A program made the translations under genes and the position numbers. A stretch of 64,000 bases of DNA from an uncultured Planctomycetia bacterium (GTDB taxonomy: Bacteria > Omnitrophota > Gorgyraeia > 2-02-FULL-51-18), in contig CAZSGP010000004.1 of NCBI GenBank assembly GCA_964606485.1, forward strand, positions 92,365 to 156,364, in the 5' to 3' direction. How positions within the stretch are numbered: position 1 is the first letter of the stretch; each line of letters opens with the position of its first letter. The notes below the pieces were generated by a model, which made no database searches, was not told the origin of the DNA, and saw nothing but the letters and a program-made list of their open reading frames with translations. Positions 1-8,402 of the stretch are shown here, piece by piece.

Positions 1-353
1 ATGAGATTCAGTCTCCGCGCTTCGCCGATCATGAATTCCATATCAGAGCGGCGGTCAGCGACCGGGTTCGTGTTCGGCATCGGGCAAACACCGGTGAAAC
101 CGCCTTTGACTGCTGCCCGCAAACCCGTTTCAATGGTTTCTTTGTATTCGTAACCGGGTTGTCGCAAATGAACGTGAATGTCGATTAAGCCGGGTGTCAC
201 AATTTTATTTTTCACGTCGATTTCGTGATCGGCTTTATCGGTAATTTTTTTAGCAATGCTTTTTACTTTCCCGTCTTCAATCAGAAGATCGAGAATTTCA
301 TCGATTTTATTTTTTGGGTCGACTACATGACCGTTTTTAATTAGAGTTTTCAT
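1..353 (-). CDS. pyrC: Dihydroorotase, N-terminal part; the gene runs off the window start
   Basis: Reverse translation from the ATG at 353 gives [13 protein letters not shown]...[14 protein letters not shown], containing the DxHxH metal-binding motif of dihydroorotase. An AGGA ribosome-binding site lies upstream. It is the third gene of a pyrR-pyrB-pyrC operon. Confidence 0.8.
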   Translation of the reverse strand, partial: MKTLIKNGHVVDPKNKIDEILDLLIEDGKVKSIAKKITDKADHEIDVKNKIVTPGLIDIHVHLRQPGYEYKETIETGLRAAVKGGFTGVCPMPNTNPVADRRSDMEFMIGEARRLNL

Positions 354-370
354 ATCATCCTATCCAAACT

Positions 371-476
371 ACCTCCCCGGCACTTCGTGTCCACCCCTCC
401 TTGGTAAGGAGGGGAAACTTCGTTTTCCTTTCCTCCCCTTACTAAGGGGAGGTGTCCACCTCAGTGGACGGAGGGG
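371..476. repeat. Family-B structured palindromic intergenic element, copy 1, with an extra inverted hairpin
   Basis: It contains the hairpins CCCCTCC..GGAGGGG, CCTCCCCTT-ACTA-AAGGGGAGG and GTCCAC-CTCA-GTGGAC followed by GGAGGGG. It fills the pyrB-pyrC gap. A near-identical ~47 nt core recurs at 25822-25868. Confidence 0.5.
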
Positions 477-1400
477 TTATCTCTCAACCATTGTCGTATG
501 AAACAGCACGGCCATCCTCACCGCCACGCCGTTTGTCACCTGATCCAAAATCACCGACTGCGGACCGTCCGCCACTTCGGCGGCGAGTTCCACGCCACGG
601 TTAATCGGACCCGGATGCATAATCATGCAATCGGGCTTAGCGCGTTTAAATCTTTCTTTTGAAATGCCATACTCAGCGGCGTATTCGCGAATCGAGGGAA
701 AGAACGCTCCCTTTTGGCGCTCGAGCTGAATGCGTAAGATATTCAGCACGTCCTGTTCGGCAATCACTTGGTCTAAATCGTAACTGACTTTCACGCCTAA
801 TTTTTCAATCTGCGGAGGAATCAAGGTCGGAGGCCCGCACACCGTCACTTTGGCGCCCAGTTTCGTGAGTCCCCAAATATTCGACCGCGCAACGCGCGAG
901 TGGAGAATATCACCCACGAGACAAACTTTAATACCTTCCAATGTTTTTCGTTTTTCGCGGATGGTGAAAATATCTAAAAGCCCTTGGGTTGGGTGTTCGT
1001 GAATCCCGTCACCCGCATTGATCACGCCCGCCTTCACGCACTTGGCCAAGTATTCGGCAGATCCGGAGGAGGAATGACGCATCACAATCGTATCGACGTG
1101 CATGGCTTCAATATTTTTCGCGGTATCTTTTAAACTCTCACCTTTAGAGGTGCTCGAGCCCGAGGATGAAAAATTGATGGTGTCCGCCGAAAGACGCTTA
1201 GCGGCAAGCTCAAAACTCGTGCGCGTGCGGGTGGAAGATTCGAAAAATAAATTGGCAATGGTTTTTCCGCGAAGGGCGGGAACTTTTTTCACGTCACGGC
1301 TCGACACTTCTTTAAAAGATTCAGCCGTGTGAAGCAGAAGCTCGATCTCTTCTTTAGAGAGCTCTTCGAGCGATAAAAGATCTTTCCGCGTCCACGTCAT
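477..1400 (-). CDS. pyrB: Aspartate carbamoyltransferase catalytic subunit
   Basis: The 307-aa product carries the STRTR carbamoyl-phosphate motif and the HPTQ and HPGP motifs. It sits in operon context with pyrR and pyrC. Confidence 0.95.
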   Translation of the reverse strand: MTWTRKDLLSLEELSKEEIELLLHTAESFKEVSSRDVKKVPALRGKTIANLFFESSTRTRTSFELAAKRLSADTINFSSSGSSTSKGESLKDTAKNIEAMHVDTIVMRHSSSGSAEYLAKCVKAGVINAGDGIHEHPTQGLLDIFTIREKRKTLEGIKVCLVGDILHSRVARSNIWGLTKLGAKVTVCGPPTLIPPQIEKLGVKVSYDLDQVIAEQDVLNILRIQLERQKGAFFPSIREYAAEYGISKERFKRAKPDCMIMHPGPINRGVELAAEVADGPQSVILDQVTNGVAVRMAVLFHTTMVER

Positions 1401-1416
1401 ATTAGAACTTCCTTTA

Positions 1417-1496
1417 CGACGGGTCCTGCCAGCGGTTGTCCGTTCGGACTCGCTTTCAGCTCGCCAAGACGGACGCCTACCGCCGTCACCCGTCGT
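1417..1496. repeat. Family-A long imperfect palindromic element, copy 1 (REP/MITE-like)
   Basis: The arms GGGTCCTGCCAGCGGTTGTCCGTTCGGAC ... AGACGGACGCCTACCGCCGTCACCC can pair as GGGT/ACCC, GGCGG/CCGCC and GTCCGT/ACGGAC. It occupies nearly the whole pyrR-pyrB gap. Related copies lie at 5181-5268 and 32321-32412. Confidence 0.6.
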
Positions 1497-2030
1497 CTAA
1501 TGTTTCTCGCTAACAACGACTTCCTCCGATCGATCTGTTTCACTAAATTTCACGTGAACAATTTCATTTTCACTGGTTGGAATATTTTTTCCGACAAAAT
1601 CGGCGCGGATCGGGAGTTCGCGGTGTCCGCGGTCTATCAAAACGGCAAGCTCAATCCGCTTCGGCCGGCCAAAATCAATCAGCGCGTCGAGAGCCGCGCG
1701 AATCGTGCGCCCCGTGTAAAGCACATCATCCACGAGCACTACAATTCTGTCGTTTAAGTCGAAGCTGATCTCGGTTTTATGAATCACCGGTTGTTCGGCG
1801 ACTAGGGTGAGATCATCGCGGTAGAGATTAATATCTAAGATGCCTAATGGCAATGGGTTACGAGAAATAGATTCAATGGTTTTTTGAAGGCGATTGGCCA
1901 AAATAACGCCGCGGGTGTGAATACCCACCAGACATAGTTTTTCCGTACCTTTATTTTTCTCTAAGATTTCATGCGCCATGCGGACGATGGCGCGGTCGAT
2001 TGAAGGTTGGTCTAAAACAAGCTTTGGCAC
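1497..2030 (-). CDS. pyrR: Bifunctional pyrimidine operon regulator / uracil phosphoribosyltransferase PyrR (GTG start)
   Basis: The 177-aa product has a PRTase motif [12 protein letters not shown] and the C-terminal [20 protein letters not shown] region, and aligns end-to-end with PyrR. Confidence 0.9.
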   Translation of the reverse strand: MPKLVLDQPSIDRAIVRMAHEILEKNKGTEKLCLVGIHTRGVILANRLQKTIESISRNPLPLGILDINLYRDDLTLVAEQPVIHKTEISFDLNDRIVVLVDDVLYTGRTIRAALDALIDFGRPKRIELAVLIDRGHRELPIRADFVGKNIPTSENEIVHVKFSETDRSEEVVVSEKH

Positions 2031-2090
2031 TTTTTTCCTTTTTGGGCCTCTCAGGACCCATTTAAAAGAGACTTTTGGAAGTATACGCTT

Positions 2091-2122
2091 AAAAATTCAG
2101 CCTGTCAAATGAGAGGCTGAGC
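2091..2122 (-). terminator. Putative intrinsic terminator downstream of the large secreted-protein gene
   Basis: On the minus strand the stem CAGCCT..AGGCUG is followed by AAUUUUUA. Confidence 0.3.
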
Positions 2123-2125
2123 CCT

Positions 2126-5100
2126 TTACGCCGCTACACCCACCGCTTCTTGCATGGTTTGAAACGCAGAAAGTCTGCTTCCTACGACTTCGAGCACTGA
2201 TCGAAGCGTATAAGCCGGAGCCACTGAAAAATTTTGTCCGGTCACAAACTCAATCAGGTCTTTCGCGGACCGCGGCGAATTTTTATCCAAAGCGCAAACC
2301 GAAAGGACTTTTAAATACTGACTGTCTTCAACCGCTTTTAAGAGGTCTTCGTAACGATTACCCAGATGAATTTTTCCATCTCTCCGTACGCTTTGGCTAT
2401 TGGCGCGGAAATAATCCGTAAAGTCGTGCGCCAATCCGCCCGCCATCGCAAGGCCCGTTAAAATATTGGGAATGCTGTTTTCGCCCACTTCCACAAAAAC
2501 AGCCAGCTCATTGGGAGCTAATTTCACGTCTTTCTTCAGTTGTTCGACATTGCGAATTTCGGAGGCACTTTTAAAAAGAACTTTGGTAACCACTTCATAC
2601 CGATGACTTTTTCCGATAATTCGATAATTGTCTTGATCTTCTCTCTTGCTCGATTTTTTATTTTTATCAAAATAACTCTCAACTGCGTTGATGCTTTTTT
2701 GACGATTTGGTGGAACCGTTTCGGAAAGAACTCCCGTAAAAACAAATCTTCTGGAGCGATTCGCCTCGATATAAGTTTTAATCACCTTAACAATTTCAAA
2801 AAATTCCTCATCAGAGGCGACGAGACGGCTCAGCACGTCGAATTGGATTTCTGCTCTTCCTTCTTGTTTTCTTTTGCGCGGAGCCACTTGAATCTGTTTG
2901 GCCGTTTCACCCGATTGATCAATAATAAACGCATTCGCCCTCGCTTCCTGCTCAGCCTGAGCAGTGACAGACAAATCTTTTTTAAATAAAGTGAGCGCTG
3001 ATTGCACATCCGGAATTTCCAGCTCTTTTACTTCTTCACCGGAAAACAAAACCGTTAGCTTGTTGTCTTTAAATAGGGGCACAAACACATTTGTGTTTTT
3101 AAATTCATCTTGAATCGCCAAAGCGTATTTTGTAGTTTGGTTCAGACGGCCCGAAAAAATCATTCCTAAAAATAAATCTTTCACCGCTTTTGCATCAACC
3201 GGATCAATGGGCAGGCGTGCCCCGCGTATGTACCGACTAGTTCCATCTTTAATGGAACCTAAAACCTGAATCCAGTCGAACGTCTCGCCTCGCTTTGATT
3301 CTAATGTTTGGTACGTAGCCTTTTCTCTTCTGGGAAAATATACAAGCTTAAGACTTGGCGTAGGCTCTCCATCAAGCTTGCTTGTTTCAAATCCGTAATA
3401 GAGCGCCTTGAAAATTGTGGGTGTCGTTCGACCGCGCTCGCGGCGTGAGATGAGTAGCATCGTATCGAGTGAGATGAGTTGATCTCGAATTTGATACAAC
3501 TGATCAAACGTTAGACTACCCTTAGGCCGAGCCTCCGAAGAAACGGAGGACTCCACTTTAGGATTTTGAGGAACCGGTGTGGCGGCCTGCAAATCAAGCG
3601 GGACTGGAGTTTTTTCGGTCGGTTCGGGAAGCGAAAGACGTGCACCGGTACCAATTTCGGCGTATTCGGGAAATACCGTGAGAACGGTTCCGATGACATC
3701 GGACTTAAAGCTCTGGGGCAAGCGAGGACTTTGCTCATTATCCGCATACTGCCAAACTCTATCAAAAAATTCGTCTATCTGTTTATGGAGATCCTGGTGA
3801 GTGATCATGACATGCTCGTAACTCTTCTCCTTCAATCCGGGTTCTTCGTAAAGAAGCGCGGTCAAGTAATATCCAGACTCATACCGCTTCATGATTTCCT
3901 GGCGAATCGTTTGAAGATCCGCCTCGAGTTTGGCGTACTGCGGCAGATCTCTCCACAATTTTTTGACATATCGGTAAAAATCCCGTGTCACGTGACTCAG
4001 AGTCCAAGCGGATATTCCCAGCGCTGCAGCCATTGTGGATAGGTGTGTCAGTATTTCTGTGGTGCTCGCTAGGCGCGCTCCTAAACTTCCGCCTTTTAAA
4101 CCACCCGCATTCGGGTTTGTTGGGGGATAAATTCTTTCGATCCAGATCACCCGATCACGGCGCTTTGAATAAAGACCCATATCCCCTTCGTCCGGAGTTT
4201 TAGAATAATAGGAAATTTCATCCCTCTTTATCTCAAGGTAAACCACCTTAACGGTTTGCACCTTATTTCGGTTGCCTTGCATAAAGGTAATGTGCACAGG
4301 CTGAGGCCCCTTAAGCTTGAGATTTAAAAATTCATCAAAAGTGTAGTGATTGTCGGAGGGTCTATGAAAAATAGGTGCTGAGTCGGATGCACGAACAGCC
4401 CCTTTTTTAACTTCCGCAAGAGGTGTTTTTTCTGTCCGGTCAAAAGTGTTGCGTGCGGGAGTTTTTTCCGTGTAATCAAAATTAGCTAATCGGGCGCCTT
4501 GAGTGCGAGCGGTTAAAATTTCGGTAATTTCGTCATAAGCCGCGCGATTTTTTCTTCGCGTCACATTAAAAACAATCGGCGTAAAGTCTGCCGCGTAAGA
4601 AGGGTAAAATACGTCTAAAGATTCAAGCCCCACGTCGTGCCGGATCTTGATAAAACGCCCTGAGGCTACTCTAAATGCGTAAAAGAATAAATTCTCTCCG
4701 GACTGCTCTTTTAAAATGGCAGCGTCCGGGTTGTGGCGCAAGTCTTGGGCGAGACGGTTGGGAAAATAAGACTGTCCGGGTTCTTCCGGTTCCCCGATAA
4801 GATCATCAAATGCATAACGCTGAAGAATAAAATCAACAAACTCTTTCCAGCGAAGCCTTATCTGTGAAAGCGTCTCTGACACGTACCCCTTCCCTAAACG
4901 AGCCCCCGCCCCACTACGCTCGACCCCTAGCCGTTTTGTGAGCGGCCCAATCACGTTTGGCTCCATAGCAATGGATACCGTTCGCGACAGATTTTGCATG
5001 GGCGAAAGCACACTGCGCTCCTCAAACTTTTGACCAAGTAAAATTTTCTCGTAACGCGCTTGATTCGTCTCCTGGTAGACCTGCGGACGAATCACAAAAT

Positions 5101-6487
5101 AGGAAATGCCTTTTTGCCGAAGCAAGCTCTTAAGATTGGGTGTGTGATAACCGCCAGCAATCAAAATAGCCGAAAACCCAGAACGGGTCCTGCCGGCGGT
5201 TGTCCGTTCGGACTCGCTCGCGTTTAACCGCGGCTCGCCGAGACGGATGCCTACCGCCGTCACCCGTTTTGGGTTTTCGTAAAGCTTAGACAACATATTT
5301 TCAACAAATGCTTCATCGCGAGCGCACGTTAATTCATAAAATCGCTCCGCTTGCTCCACGCTTTCATCGAACCCTTTTTCCAAAAATAGCGCTCTCTCGT
5401 AAAATGCGTGCTGTTCTGTGATTTTTTTATTTAAGAAAGCCGTGAGTTCCGTAAGTTTCCAATTTTTGGAAAGGGCGCGGTACTCGCTGTACTCTTCGGG
5501 ACTCAGAGTCAATTGAAACAGCTTCTTATAAAGCTTCAGTTGCCGCTCGCAGATTCGCAGATCTTTTTCGTCAGCGGATTGCGCTAAAACCGAGAAAACA
5601 AGCTCCTCGAGTGCTTTTTCTTCCTTGAGAACTTGCTCGGGCCCCAGTCGTTTAGAGGCTTTGAGATAATTAAAATAAGCTTTCTCGTGTTGCGCTTTTT
5701 TTACATCAATTTTGGATTCTAATTGCCCAAGCGCCCGTAGCCGTTTTAAGTGCGTGAATTTTTCGGTAGGAATTTCTAAAAATTCAGCCTGGACGAGCAA
5801 TAATTTTACAAAATCGGTGAATGCCAGTAACCCGCTATGGTAGGCATCCGCCTTTGCCTGAAACGCCAAAAGGCGCGGACGGTAAAGACGCGGTTTTAAA
5901 ACGTCAATTGCGGTTTGAATTTGAGAAAGATAGGCCCCGAACTTTTCGCGCTCGGCGGCCACGGCGCGGTAAGATTCGATCGCTTCCTTATATAAGGCGA
6001 AGTTTTCCACGCCCCAGATTGTGAAATCGAGATTTGAGGTGAGGTCCAGATATTCTTCGCCGTGGAGCAAGCCTTGCTTCAAATACGATTGGGCAACTTG
6101 TTGTCTCAGTGCAGTACTTCCGTGCGTACGAAGCGTGGAAAGCGAAACGTTTCCGGATCCGGCTTCGACGAAAATATTCGCGGCGTTTCCATTCCCACGT
6201 ATGCGCGAATCGTTCTTGAGAATAATTTCCAAGGTCTTCGCTAGATTCATCTGTCCGGAAGTGTTGGTGTGCGCGTCTTCGAGTAAATACACTGTCATTC
6301 CCGCGGAAGCGGGAATCCAAGCATCCTCAACACTGGCTACACTCTCCGGAATTTTAAATGAAAGTTTCGCCTTCTGTTCTAAACCAAGGTCAGATGGCCG
6401 CAGCTCTCCGGCCGCAAAAGCAACTGGCTCCGCTAAAAGAGCCAAGATAAGCGCCAGTGAAATGGTTCTTAAAAAACGAAAATTCAT
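2126..6487 (-). CDS. Large secreted hypothetical protein (1453 aa) with N-terminal signal peptide
   Basis: The long ORF begins MNFRFLRTISLALILALLAEPVAFAAGE, a cleavable signal peptide. I recognised no catalytic motifs. TEKTP tripeptide-containing repeats occur. A family-A repeat is embedded in-frame at aa ~408-434. Confidence 0.6.
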   Translation of the reverse strand: MNFRFLRTISLALILALLAEPVAFAAGELRPSDLGLEQKAKLSFKIPESVASVEDAWIPASAGMTVYLLEDAHTNTSGQMNLAKTLEIILKNDSRIRGNGNAANIFVEAGSGNVSLSTLRTHGSTALRQQVAQSYLKQGLLHGEEYLDLTSNLDFTIWGVENFALYKEAIESYRAVAAEREKFGAYLSQIQTAIDVLKPRLYRPRLLAFQAKADAYHSGLLAFTDFVKLLLVQAEFLEIPTEKFTHLKRLRALGQLESKIDVKKAQHEKAYFNYLKASKRLGPEQVLKEEKALEELVFSVLAQSADEKDLRICERQLKLYKKLFQLTLSPEEYSEYRALSKNWKLTELTAFLNKKITEQHAFYERALFLEKGFDESVEQAERFYELTCARDEAFVENMLSKLYENPKRVTAVGIRLGEPRLNASESERTTAGRTRSGFSAILIAGGYHTPNLKSLLRQKGISYFVIRPQVYQETNQARYEKILLGQKFEERSVLSPMQNLSRTVSIAMEPNVIGPLTKRLGVERSGAGARLGKGYVSETLSQIRLRWKEFVDFILQRYAFDDLIGEPEEPGQSYFPNRLAQDLRHNPDAAILKEQSGENLFFYAFRVASGRFIKIRHDVGLESLDVFYPSYAADFTPIVFNVTRRKNRAAYDEITEILTARTQGARLANFDYTEKTPARNTFDRTEKTPLAEVKKGAVRASDSAPIFHRPSDNHYTFDEFLNLKLKGPQPVHITFMQGNRNKVQTVKVVYLEIKRDEISYYSKTPDEGDMGLYSKRRDRVIWIERIYPPTNPNAGGLKGGSLGARLASTTEILTHLSTMAAALGISAWTLSHVTRDFYRYVKKLWRDLPQYAKLEADLQTIRQEIMKRYESGYYLTALLYEEPGLKEKSYEHVMITHQDLHKQIDEFFDRVWQYADNEQSPRLPQSFKSDVIGTVLTVFPEYAEIGTGARLSLPEPTEKTPVPLDLQAATPVPQNPKVESSVSSEARPKGSLTFDQLYQIRDQLISLDTMLLISRRERGRTTPTIFKALYYGFETSKLDGEPTPSLKLVYFPRREKATYQTLESKRGETFDWIQVLGSIKDGTSRYIRGARLPIDPVDAKAVKDLFLGMIFSGRLNQTTKYALAIQDEFKNTNVFVPLFKDNKLTVLFSGEEVKELEIPDVQSALTLFKKDLSVTAQAEQEARANAFIIDQSGETAKQIQVAPRKRKQEGRAEIQFDVLSRLVASDEEFFEIVKVIKTYIEANRSRRFVFTGVLSETVPPNRQKSINAVESYFDKNKKSSKREDQDNYRIIGKSHRYEVVTKVLFKSASEIRNVEQLKKDVKLAPNELAVFVEVGENSIPNILTGLAMAGGLAHDFTDYFRANSQSVRRDGKIHLGNRYEDLLKAVEDSQYLKVLSVCALDKNSPRSAKDLIEFVTGQNFSVAPAYTLRSVLEVVGSRLSAFQTMQEAVGVAA
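5181..5268. repeat. Family-A palindromic element, copy 2, inserted in-frame inside the 1453-aa CDS
   Basis: GGGTCCTGCCGGCGGTTGTCCGTTCGGACTCGC...GAGACGGATGCCTACCGCCGTCACCC is translated on the minus strand as ...[24 protein letters not shown]... without a stop codon. Confidence 0.6.
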
Positions 6488-6621
6488 TCAATATCCTTTA
6501 GAGTAAGTGGGCACAAATTTCCCACGAAAAAACGATGTCAGAAGTGTACCTGAGGGGTTTGCCAAATACAAGGCGATGCAACGAATTTTATTTAATCAGA
6601 TTTAAATCTTTTTAAGCGAAA

Positions 6622-7455
6622 TTACTTCTGCGCCACGGCGTACGCCATGAACTTGGCTTCAAAGGACTTTTGGTCTACCCCATACACGCTTTGAAGTGCT
6701 TTGGAAAAAGCTGTCCCCTTGGCCGTGAGCTTCAAAAATTCAAACATTTTGGCGTTGCCGTGTTCCATAACCAGATACCGCACGAGAAGTTCGCTCTGCC
6801 GGTAAAATTCATCCACGTTAGCCGTCGGATAAGCGGTGATTTGTGTAAATTGGTTGAGCGGCACGTATTTGTCTTTGGGCAACAACTTGACCGTGTGAAT
6901 CAAATACTCATCTCCCCCAAACTGCGTGGAAATGGTGCGTAGACTCACGTACTCGGCAAAACCTTCGTTTAAATAAAGCGGCGGCACCGCGTCTAAAAAG
7001 CGAAATAAAATCAAGTGGCTCATTTCATGGGCCAAAACCTGCTGAGGAGACAACCAATACGACGGCCGGTACATAAAAAGCTCCTGGCCGTTGGTAAAGC
7101 CGCCCGCTTCAAATGAAAATTGTCTCGTTTTTGCGAGAAACTGTTTCCACAAGGCTTCATCGCTAAATACAAAAATGTGGCTTTTTTCTTTCGTTTGGTC
7201 GTTCTTAATTCCAAAGAAATTTTTGATCCATTCGTAATCATGCTCCGAATAAATCACGACGGTCTCCGCGTCTTTCGCGTTGAGGAAGTGGACAATAAAA
7301 TGCTCTGTTTCGGTTTGCTTCCAGGATTCCTTTTGAATTGAAGTTGCGTCTTGTGCGGTTTGGCTTAGCTTTGCGGCTAAAGCATTTACTGTAGAAAAAA
7401 TACTTAGAATTAAAAATAAAAATGCCGGACTAAATAATTTTTTTAACCGCATCAA
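6622..7455 (-). CDS. Secreted putative zinc metallopeptidase (HExxH...E gluzincin-like)
   Basis: Signal peptide MMRLKKLFSPAFLFLILSIFSTVNALA; the HEMSH motif is followed by NEGFAEY. Confidence 0.5.
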   Translation of the reverse strand: MMRLKKLFSPAFLFLILSIFSTVNALAAKLSQTAQDATSIQKESWKQTETEHFIVHFLNAKDAETVVIYSEHDYEWIKNFFGIKNDQTKEKSHIFVFSDEALWKQFLAKTRQFSFEAGGFTNGQELFMYRPSYWLSPQQVLAHEMSHLILFRFLDAVPPLYLNEGFAEYVSLRTISTQFGGDEYLIHTVKLLPKDKYVPLNQFTQITAYPTANVDEFYRQSELLVRYLVMEHGNAKMFEFLKLTAKGTAFSKALQSVYGVDQKSFEAKFMAYAVAQK

Positions 7456-8023
7456 TAAGCTCTTTCATTTTGTCTGAGTCATTCGCATCGTAATACCCGC
7501 GCACATTTCCCTCGCCGTCAACCAGCACAAAGCTTGCGCTATGAAACATGGGTTCGTCAACAGTGTTCATGTGAAAGGAAGTGGTGATGTGATTCAACAC
7601 GTCTCTGTCACCCGTTAAAAAAATCCATTTTGGATTTCCGGCGGAGTAAGTTTTGGAATATTCCTCGAGCACCGCAGGCTTATCAAAATCGGGGTCCACC
7701 GAAAACGAAACAAGCGTTACGCCTGGCAGCGCTTTTGCAAGTTGCGCCATTTGCTGACTCATAATCGGGCACTGGCCCTGGCAGCGCGTAAAAATAAAAT
7801 CGCCAATCCAGATTTTTCCATTGAGTTGGGACTTATTAAAAGCCTGGCCGCTTTTTTCAACGAGCGTAAACTCCGGCGCTTTTCCAAGATACGGCAAACT
7901 TTTGGCGGCCAAAAGAGGCACACCGGTTCCCGCGCGATTTGAGATTAAAAAAATATAAAACCCGATCACACCAACCGTTAGGACAGCAAAAAATAAAAGG
8001 ATATGTTTTTTAAGATTTTTCAT
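7430..8023 (-). CDS. SCO1/SenC family copper chaperone / thiol-disulfide oxidoreductase
   Basis: A TM anchor precedes a thioredoxin-like domain with a CxxxC motif (CQGQC). The ATG at 8023 (MKNLKK) is preferred over the TTG at 8035. Confidence 0.8.
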   Translation of the reverse strand: MKNLKKHILLFFAVLTVGVIGFYIFLISNRAGTGVPLLAAKSLPYLGKAPEFTLVEKSGQAFNKSQLNGKIWIGDFIFTRCQGQCPIMSQQMAQLAKALPGVTLVSFSVDPDFDKPAVLEEYSKTYSAGNPKWIFLTGDRDVLNHITTSFHMNTVDEPMFHSASFVLVDGEGNVRGYYDANDSDKMKELIDAVKKII

Positions 8024-8402
8024 AAATATTCCCAATAATTTCTATCTCTAAGTTTTGTGGGACTACTTTTAATCCATTCGCCTTAAAAACACTCTCCAAG
8101 GGATGTGCATTTTTATTTCCAAACGAGTCAGGGATGTACTCTACAGGTCCTTCGATGGTCTTTCCCTGAAATTTTATTTTTAAAATGTCCCCTTCGAAAA
8201 TTTCGGTCTGATTTTTATCGTACATGCCGGTGCTTTCTAAAAAAACGCAGTCGGCGTACTGACCTTTATTGACGGGCAAGCCCTTTCCCTCATTTTCACC
8301 CTTGTCATCGTCGCACAAGAGAACATTGAGGAATTTTTGGTACCCTCGGTAGTACATTTTCTTTTCTTTCACATGCCACACGCGGAATTTAATGTCTTTC
8401 AC
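8010..8402 (-). CDS. YopX-like phage-derived protein
   Basis: The N-terminus MKDIKFRVWHVKEKKMYY matches the hallmark M-x-IKFRAW start of YopX-family phage proteins. It is a 130-aa single gene overlapping both of its neighbours. Confidence 0.55.
   Translation of the reverse strand: MKDIKFRVWHVKEKKMYYRGYQKFLNVLLCDDDKGENEGKGLPVNKGQYADCVFLESTGMYDKNQTEIFEGDILKIKFQGKTIEGPVEYIPDSFGNKNAHPLESVFKANGLKVVPQNLEIEIIGNIYEKS

Noticed and set aside
1401-1496. Hairpin between pyrR and pyrB as a PyrR-binding attenuator like the Bacillus pyr leaders
   Set aside because: The same element recurs between xseA and xseB and inside an unrelated CDS, and it lacks the UCCAGAGAGG-type PyrR loop and a U-tract. It is treated as a generic repeat.
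1102-1768. Small antisense or overlapping ORFs inside well-supported genes (e.g. 1102-1332, 1500-1757, 10903-11608, 19190-19876, 55097-57036)
   Set aside because: They overlap strongly supported CDSs on the opposite strand or in another frame, have biased low-complexity composition and no motifs. They are six-frame artefacts.
8010-8402. A prophage around the YopX-like gene
   Set aside because: The neighbours are SCO1, an AT3 acyltransferase, rsmI and glmS. There are no capsid, terminase or integrase genes or att-like repeats. It is a lone remnant.
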